From: a virus
Reading direction: 5' to 3' (one strand)
Virus record (IMG/VR): IMGVR_UViG_3300045988_110782
Length of the DNA: 15,840 nucleotides
Positions 7,119-11,822 of this stretch are shown here, piece after piece. The translations under genes and the position numbers were made by a program. How positions within the stretch are numbered: position 1 is the stretch's first letter; the number at the start of each line of letters is the position of its first letter. The notes below the pieces were generated by a model. That model ran no database searches, had not been told where the DNA came from, and saw only the letters and a program-made list of their open reading frames with translations.

Positions 7119-8267
7119 CTACCTACCTTTCCCTAAAAATGGTTTTAAATAATATATAAATGGTGTTTTTCTAGCGCTTGGAATAGGCGCTACACCAGAT
7201 ATATTGATGGTACAGTCTTGATAAATATTTGTATCACTTAATACAAAAAAACGAATAATTACACGTCGCAATGCTGTAACGTTTACTTTGATATAGCAAT
7301 AACCTCTTTCTTTTTTAACAAGTTCCGCTCCGTTTGGTACGCTAACTCCCCAATCATAATTTGATCTTACATTAAACCTAATAATAGTACCAATATTAGC
7401 TCTCTGGCTATATGGTGTGACGTTAATCTCCGGCGCTGGCGGCGCGGGTCTGTTTATACCAATCTGGCATTGTGCTGTAACGCTCCGATCATCAACTAAC
7501 CAAAAGTTTACAACACTTGTAACTTGCGCACCGTTTGCATTGCCGCTAACAATCAAAGCATTATCTTCTTTTGTTGCCGTTAAATATTGACCGAGATTAT
7601 AAGTCCATTCAGAGTTAGCGTTGACGGTAATTCTAACGCTTCCTCCATCTATTATACTACTACTAATCGGGTCGATTGCCAACACTTTTATTTCCGGTGG
7701 CAAGTTACCATGCATATCGTCGTAAACATCCATACTACAAGCAAAACGATAATCTTGGACATCTTGCCCCTGCAAGGTTGGATTTTCAAAGTTTTTAAGC
7801 ACATATGTGCTCGCTGTGCGCATATCTGTAGCATTTCGTAAAACCTCAAGAGTGCTCGAAAATGATGTTTCTAGTTCGTAACTTAAATAATAAAGCGCTA
7901 ATTCAATGCTGCCTATACTACTATATCCACCGCTTTTCCATGCATCATAATAACCTGTCTTACGCGTGTAGTATGTCCATTGTGCCAACCCATAACCCTT
8001 ATGCACTGTATCTCCGTCTAAACCGCTGTTTATAAATTGTTCGCGCGTTATAGTACCATTATCTACACTGTTAGTATAAATACGGCTTCTATTAAAAAAA
8101 TTTGTACTATTATTATCGTTTTCGCACCTATAAGGCACAATTCCACTCTCCGCCCATAAGTTACCAAGCAACGCGGCTAAACCTATTTCGTTGTTGATTA
8201 AATTATATAAGCCGTTCCAAACTGCTCTAGTGTAACCATAATCACGATAATCAGATCGTCTACCCAT
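7119..8267 (-). CDS. Virion-associated peptidoglycan hydrolase (phage tail lysozyme-type N-terminal domain) with two C-terminal beta domains
   Basis: The start ATG overlaps the ATPase stop (TGATG), with GAGG 9 nt upstream. The N-terminal ~170 aa carries the motif series I associate with the Phage_lysozyme2 family: LLGNLWAESG, GYGLAQWT, LALYYLSYEL, NFENP. Two ~85-aa segments with a similar pattern follow (SVRITVNANSEWTY... and TIIRFNVRSNYDWGV...), separated by PAPPAP. Confidence 0.65.
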   Translation of the reverse strand: MGRRSDYRDYGYTRAVWNGLYNLINNEIGLAALLGNLWAESGIVPYRCENDNNSTNFFNRSRIYTNSVDNGTITREQFINSGLDGDTVHKGYGLAQWTYYTRKTGYYDAWKSGGYSSIGSIELALYYLSYELETSFSSTLEVLRNATDMRTASTYVLKNFENPTLQGQDVQDYRFACSMDVYDDMHGNLPPEIKVLAIDPISSSIIDGGSVRITVNANSEWTYNLGQYLTATKEDNALIVSGNANGAQVTSVVNFWLVDDRSVTAQCQIGINRPAPPAPEINVTPYSQRANIGTIIRFNVRSNYDWGVSVPNGAELVKKERGYCYIKVNVTALRRVIIRFFVLSDTNIYQDCTINISGVAPIPSARKTPFIYYLKPFLGKGR

Positions 8268-9319
8268 CACATCAACCTCACACTAAGTATATCAAGCACA
8301 ATATCTTTACATTTCAGATCTTTAAATCTTAACAATCCCAAGTCATAAGACCGTTTAAGATAGTCATAGATAAAACTCTGACTACTCAACATCAAAGTGT
8401 CTGCATTATGACTGCTCGCGTCAAACGTAAAGCGATATTTACAACTCTGGTCTACAGTTCTGTCAATATACACAATACCTTTTTCTGGGTACTCTCTTAC
8501 TGCATAGTTATCTTTACCGCAAACAAGCGTAAATATATAACGGCTGTTTCCGCTAACAGTTTCTACAAAAGCGCTTGCATCACATAAATACACGCCATCT
8601 GCGCTACTCTTCTGATACTGGCTATTTTTAAACACTTTAGCAAATTTGCTTTCGTTCATGGCGTTCTGTGCGTCCTTGTTAATAACAAATTGTGCAACCC
8701 ATCCATGCCCACGCAAAAAATTTGTGTTATCTCGCAATCTTTTGTGGATTCCAAAATAAATAAAATACGGATTCAGAAGTGTTACATAATTTGCCATTAG
8801 ATAAGTTGGTACTTCTCGTACCTGTTTTCCTTTACCTCTACAGATCGTTCTCAACGTACTTTCAAACTTTGTTATCTCATTTTTTAAATATCCATTATTT
8901 TCAAGCACAAATTCATCAAAAACAATCAAACTAACGTCTTTAAACATTGGGCTGTACTTTTTGAGTTTATCGGTATTGTTAAAATATACCGCATATCCAA
9001 GTAACACAACGTTATCATCTTTATCATGTAGCATCATTGCACTTATTAAGCCTTTTACAATGCTTTTATTAGTCACAACTTTTCCATACTCTGGGTAAAT
9101 ATCAAGCACGTCCTCATACATTTTTCCACTACTCGATATTTCATCCTGTGTTCTGTATAAAAAAACAACTTGCTTATCATTCTGCACATTTTTTAAAGAT
9201 TCAATCAAAAGCGCTGTAGTCTTTCCGGCGCTACGATTTCCGATAATCATTCTTAAAATCGGTTCATCGTCATCTAAGTCTTTTACATTTTTTATACTAT
9301 CAAGATTATAAAAAGCCAT
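8267..9319 (-). CDS. DNA encapsidation (packaging) ATPase, phi29 gp16-like
   Basis: 350 aa with RBS AAGGAGG 7 nt upstream. Walker A is GNRSAGKTT and Walker B is LIVFDEF. Blocks resemble gp16: IIGNRSAGKT vs VIGARGIGKS; LIVFDEFV vs TIVFDEFI; LLNPYFIYFGI vs VVNPYFLFFNL; GIVYIDRT vs GLMYIDTA; GLLRFKD vs GYLRFDN. Confidence 0.9.
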   Translation of the reverse strand: MAFYNLDSIKNVKDLDDDEPILRMIIGNRSAGKTTALLIESLKNVQNDKQVVFLYRTQDEISSSGKMYEDVLDIYPEYGKVVTNKSIVKGLISAMMLHDKDDNVVLLGYAVYFNNTDKLKKYSPMFKDVSLIVFDEFVLENNGYLKNEITKFESTLRTICRGKGKQVREVPTYLMANYVTLLNPYFIYFGIHKRLRDNTNFLRGHGWVAQFVINKDAQNAMNESKFAKVFKNSQYQKSSADGVYLCDASAFVETVSGNSRYIFTLVCGKDNYAVREYPEKGIVYIDRTVDQSCKYRFTFDASSHNADTLMLSSQSFIYDYLKRSYDLGLLRFKDLKCKDIVLDILSVRLM

Positions 9320-9336
9320 TACGCTTCCTCCTTAAA

Positions 9337-9408
9337 CTGGACTAGCAGGAATCGAACCCGCATTGACGGAAATCAAAATCCGTTGTCCTACCGTTAGACG
9401 ATAGTCCC
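9337..9408 (-). tRNA. tRNA-Gln(UUG)-like gene with an 8-nt anticodon loop and a G1.A72 mismatch; no encoded CCA
   Basis: Hand-folded cloverleaf of the 72-nt minus strand: GGGACUA UC GUCU AACGGUA GGAC A ACGGA UUUUGAUU UCCGU CAAU GCGGG UUCGAUU CCUGC UAGUCCA G. U8, A14, the GG in the D loop and the UUCGAUU T-loop are all present. The anticodon stem and the A72/G73 end match my recollection of Firmicute tRNA-Gln. The loop has one U more than the canonical 7 nt. Confidence 0.7.
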
Positions 9409-9414
9409 TAGAAA

Positions 9415-9430
9415 TGTTTCACGTGAAACA
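9415..9430. promoter_or_regulatory. Palindrome family copy (16-bp perfect core TGTTTCACGTGAAACA)
   Basis: It lies 4 nt downstream of the holin stop codon and 6 nt upstream of the tRNA 5' end on the minus strand. Confidence 0.5.
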
Positions 9431-9434
9431 CTTC

Positions 9435-9764
9435 TTATTTTTTCGGTGCTTTCTCCAAGATTTCTCTAATCTTTTCCGGCACTAAGCTTTTATTTATCCG
9501 GCTTACATTTTCCAAAATACTGCCGATTTCCATTAAAATAATATAAACGCAAATACTCTCGAGCGCCGGAACTCTAAAGCCCATATCAAGAAAACTCTGC
9601 CCGTAGTCAATCAAAAACCCAACAGCCACAATGACGATTTCGCCGAACTTGTTAAAAAGTCCGTCACGCATCACACTGCTGTTAAAATTACTGTTTTTAA
9701 CTGCCATAACAATTCCGGTAATAAAATCAAGCGCAATAAACAACATTACAATTACAATACTCAT
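9435..9764 (-). CDS. Holin (phage_holin_4_1 / phiLC3-TcdE-like family)
   Basis: The ORF track start at 9794 is a TTG. I prefer the ATG at 9764 (MSIVIVMLFIALDFITGIVMAV...). Three hydrophobic segments are followed by a charged C-terminus (EKIREILEKAPKK). The LDxITG and E..SIlEN motifs are typical of this holin family. Confidence 0.8.
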   Translation of the reverse strand: MSIVIVMLFIALDFITGIVMAVKNSNFNSSVMRDGLFNKFGEIVIVAVGFLIDYGQSFLDMGFRVPALESICVYIILMEIGSILENVSRINKSLVPEKIREILEKAPKK

Positions 9765-10016
9765 TTTTTCTACTCTTTTCTGCGGCGGTAGCAATTAACA
9801 GAATTACCGCCGCGTTGATAGTTTTAGAGTTTCGCGGTATCGGCTCGCACCAACCACGGCGCGGGGCACGGTTTTTCCCGTCGGTTTACGCCCACAAAAA
9901 CCAATCCGGTACTACTCCACACACTCCAATTACTCGGACATAGGACATTTCGTAAAGAATTTAGGAGGAATTTAGTAATTTAAGTGTGTGCAATAGTACC
10001 GTATAAATTATGTTTT

Positions 10017-10109
10017 ATGCCATGTACGGCAAGCCATGCCGCTCCATGCCGGTTTCGCCGTACATGCCATAAATGCCATTTCTACGCCGTGCAATGCCGT
10101 GAATGGCAT
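10017..10109. repeat. Cluster of short iterated ATGCC(AT) motifs
   Basis: ATGCC starts at 10017, 10036, 10046, 10065, 10073 and 10094, with an inverted GGCAT at 10105-10109. Most copies extend to (C)CATGCC or ATGCCAT. Confidence 0.8.
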
Positions 10110-10115
10110 TGCACG
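10086..10115 (-). other. 12-bp perfect hairpin immediately downstream of the SSB-like gene
   Basis: CCGTGCAATGCC gtgaat GGCATTGCACGG begins 6 nt after the stop codon at 10122-10124. No U-tract follows on either strand, so terminator function is uncertain. Confidence 0.4.
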
Positions 10116-10121
10116 GAGATC

Positions 10122-10520
10122 TTACCGATTAAACGGGTTGTACGGTTCTGCGGGAACAAGCTTGGAAATGTCAATTCCCTTGAGGTATGCGCTCTGGTAC
10201 TTCTTTCCCTTGTACTTGCCCTCAACAACCTTAAACGCAATTTCTACTTCGGAATCTGTTCCGATCTCTTCCGCCTTGATTGCTGTTTCATCTTCCGGTT
10301 TCTGCTCAACACCGTCAAGATAAATTGGGAAGTCGAACTGGGTGTGTGCCTTTACAAGCTTTGTGCCGTCATCGGTCGTCTTAATCGGGCAGTCAATCTC
10401 GGTGTTCAGACCCGCTTTTTCGATCAGCTCCGTCGCGGCTTCATCTGTGATCTCTACCATGATGGAAAACTTGCCATCGTTTGAAAATGCGGAATAAACC
10501 TTACCTGTTGCGTATAACAT
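10122..10520 (-). CDS. Putative ssDNA-binding protein (early gene); otherwise hypothetical
   Basis: 132 aa with RBS AAGGAG. It is the last gene of the early block, as SSB/DBP genes are in phi29. The strand/acidic-linker/strand layout (GKVYSAFSNDGKFSIMVEI...EVEIAFKVVEGKYKGKKYQSAYLKGI) is reminiscent of small phage OB-fold SSBs (the phi29 gp5 C-terminus, FKVKVVQGTSSKGNVFFSLQL). The similarity is weak and recalled from memory. Confidence 0.35.
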   Translation of the reverse strand: MLYATGKVYSAFSNDGKFSIMVEITDEAATELIEKAGLNTEIDCPIKTTDDGTKLVKAHTQFDFPIYLDGVEQKPEDETAIKAEEIGTDSEVEIAFKVVEGKYKGKKYQSAYLKGIDISKLVPAEPYNPFNR

Positions 10521-10561
10521 AATTTTTCTCCTTTTCTCTAATTGAATTTAATGGTGCAAGC

Positions 10562-10579
10562 ATGTTTCACGTGAAACAT
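10562..10579. promoter_or_regulatory. Palindrome family copy (18-bp perfect ATGTTTCACGTGAAACAT)
   Basis: It lies in the intergenic region between CDS 10604..10885 and CDS 10122..10520. It is nested inside a second inverted repeat, GCAAGCA (10556-10562) / TGCTTGC (10590-10596). Confidence 0.55.
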
Positions 10580-10603
10580 TTTAAAGTGTTGCTTGCGTGA
10601 TCT

Positions 10604-10885
10604 CTACTTCTTTGACGCTTTGTAGGCATCATACTCTTCTGCTGTCATTGAGTTCTCAATGAACGTGGACAACGGCATAAAGCGGGTTTCCTCTTTCCGG
10701 TCAACCTCAATCAGATTACCCTTTGCAATACCGAAAGACCCTAAAATCTCGTCTCTCTCCGCCGCTGTGGTAATCTCATGATCCCATTCTACAACATCTC
10801 CCATTTTAATACCATCTTCTGCCGATACCGTCATAATCTGGTATAATACTTTTGTTGGGATAGTTCTGGAAATTACCTTTTCCAT
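10604..10885 (-). CDS. Hypothetical early protein (93 aa)
   Basis: An ORF with the conserved early leader AGAAAGAGAGGAAAACAAA directly before the ATG. No family was recognised. Confidence 0.7.
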   Translation of the reverse strand: MEKVISRTIPTKVLYQIMTVSAEDGIKMGDVVEWDHEITTAAERDEILGSFGIAKGNLIEVDRKEETRFMPLSTFIENSMTAEEYDAYKASKK

Positions 10886-10987
10886 TTTGTTTTCCTCTCT
10901 TTCTTTGTATAATGTAGCGAAAACTGAATGACTTGTAAATGATACTAGCTTGCCATCGTCAGACTGTAAGTTGCTATCTTTCCAGTT

Positions 10988-11008
10988 ACGGGAGATTGTG
11001 TCTCCCGT
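10988..11008. other. Stem-loop in the intergenic region
   Basis: ACGGGAGA (10988-10995) / TCTCCCGT (11001-11008), an 8-bp stem with a 5-nt loop, located 6 nt beyond the stop of CDS 11014..11202. A T-rich run follows it on the plus strand only (TTTCGGCTATTCTTGTT), so it may block antisense transcription or attenuate minus-strand transcription. Confidence 0.35.
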
Positions 11009-11013
11009 TTCGG

Positions 11014-11202
11014 CTATTCTTGTTCTCTTAAAAATAATGAGTTTTTATAAAAACTTAAAACTTCATAATTTTTGTATTTATAAATTATATCTAACGCCTG
11101 TCCAGAATCACATTTAGTATCGCCTAAATGGTTATAGCTAATAGTTAATTCTGTTTTTGTATCCCATTCTGCGTTTGCTGTAAATAAATCAAATAATGTC
11201 AT
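11014..11202 (-). CDS. Hypothetical early protein (62 aa)
   Basis: An ORF preceded by AAGAAAGTGAGGAAACAAC before the ATG. No family was recognised. Confidence 0.6.
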   Translation of the reverse strand: MTLFDLFTANAEWDTKTELTISYNHLGDTKCDSGQALDIIYKYKNYEVLSFYKNSLFLREQE

Positions 11203-11219
11203 GTTGTTTCCTCACTTTC

Positions 11220-11429
11220 TTAAAATCCCATGAGACTTTCTAATCTCGATTTATTCAATACAATACTATCATCTATTAACTGATTAACAACATTCAATAC
11301 ATTTTCCATTTTAGCATCGGGAAATGCACCGCCAATATAGAAAAATATTGACCCACCAAAAGGACTTAAATTATTTTCTTTCATGTGTCTTTTTGTAAAA
11401 TCGTAGATTTCTTTTTCTTTCTTTGTCAT
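11220..11429 (-). CDS. Hypothetical early protein (69 aa), possibly winged-helix-like
   Basis: An ORF preceded by CAGAAAGAGAGGAAACCACA before the ATG. The pattern KEKEIYDFTKRHMKENNLSP...VLNVVNQLIDDSIVL loosely resembles small wHTH regulators. This is a weak impression only. Confidence 0.6.
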   Translation of the reverse strand: MTKKEKEIYDFTKRHMKENNLSPFGGSIFFYIGGAFPDAKMENVLNVVNQLIDDSIVLNKSRLESLMGF

Positions 11430-11485
11430 TGTGGTTTCCTCTCTTTCTGTTTGTTTTATTGTTTTGTAACTTCATTACATTATCT

Positions 11486-11513
11486 ATTATACGCTGATTG
11501 GTGGAAATGTCAA
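11486..11513 (-). promoter_or_regulatory. Sigma-A/sigma-70 consensus promoter (early)
   Basis: Minus strand: TTGACA (11513-11508), a 16-nt spacer, then TATAAT (11491-11486). It lies about 55 nt upstream of the ATG at 11429. Confidence 0.75.
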
Positions 11514-11571
11514 GAAGTTTTTCTAAATTTTTAAATTTTCTTTTAAACAATTTAGAATTGTACCTCCATGA

Positions 11572-11745
11572 TTATTTCCACTCCACCGGAATTTTGATAA
11601 TTTTCCATCCGCCGTATGCTTTTGTTGTGTCCAGATATTTAATAGGCAATCGCGCCACATTTCCAAAATCTTCTAATACATATCTGTAGTTTTTGGTGTC
11701 AACTGTGCCATTCTTTTTTACCTTTTCATAAAACGATCTTCTCAT
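11572..11745 (-). CDS. Hypothetical small early protein (57 aa), absent from the supplied ORF track
   Basis: Hand translation: MRRSFYEKVKKNGTVDTKNYRYVLEDFGNVARLPIKYLDTTKAYGGWKIIKIPVEWK, ending in a TAA stop at 11572-11574. It is preceded by the same leader as other early genes (CAAGAAAGTGAGGAAATAAAC then ATG) and lies downstream of the promoter at 11790-11818. Confidence 0.55.
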   Translation of the reverse strand: MRRSFYEKVKKNGTVDTKNYRYVLEDFGNVARLPIKYLDTTKAYGGWKIIKIPVEWK

Positions 11746-11789
11746 GTTTATTTCCTCACTTTCTTGTACTTTGTTTCATTACATTATGT

Positions 11790-11818
11790 ATTATATACCT
11801 ATGATAATTATATGTCAA
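11790..11818 (-). promoter_or_regulatory. Sigma-A/sigma-70 consensus promoter (early)
   Basis: Minus strand: TTGACA (11818-11813), a 17-nt spacer, then TATAAT (11795-11790). The -35 element starts 5 nt after the polymerase stop codon. Confidence 0.8.
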
Positions 11819-11822
11819 GCAT

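Larger units (their letters stand above)
9782..10121 (-). ncRNA. Candidate structured non-coding RNA or regulatory region at the early/late boundary
   Basis: This is the largest non-coding stretch outside the ITRs, with no ORF that has an RBS. Four helices were found by eye: 9782-9790/9805-9813 (9 bp); 9908-9925/9983-10000 (7+8 bp around a 3-nt internal mismatch); 10022-10031/10059-10068 (10 bp); 10086-10097/10104-10115 (12 bp perfect). Composition is GC-rich; the line 9841-9900 hand-counts to 38/60 G+C. Strand is assigned only because everything else is transcribed leftward. Confidence 0.3.

Noticed and set aside
9337-9408. Suppressor tRNA or stop-codon reassignment
   Set aside because: The loop contains no CUA, UCA or UUA anticodon in a plausible position. 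All large genes are open in the standard bacterial code, so there is no sign of recoding.
9765-9794. N-terminal extension of the holin from a TTG start (MLPPQKRVEK...)
   Set aside because: The extension overlaps the 9782-9813 hairpin and has no RBS. The ATG at 9764 begins directly with the first transmembrane segment, as is usual for this holin family.
10018-10089. Tiny minus-strand ORF in the structured region (MAFMACTAKPAWSGMACRTWHKT)
   Set aside because: There is no RBS, and it is composed of the ATGCC/GGCAT repeats, so the ATG codons are a side effect of the motif.
9984-10484. Plus-strand ORFs 9984..10484 (166 aa, GTG start) and 10036..10323
   Set aside because: Both are antisense to the well-formed SSB-like gene. 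The translation is Cys/Arg/Phe-rich and looks like nonsense. The upstream AGGAGG is 15 nt from the GTG, which is too far. The GC-rich composition explains the open frame.
11498-11689. Plus-strand ORF of 63 aa
   Set aside because: It overlaps the minus-strand promoter and the 57-aa minus-strand ORF, which has the conserved early leader. It has no RBS and an implausible hydrophobic, low-complexity sequence.
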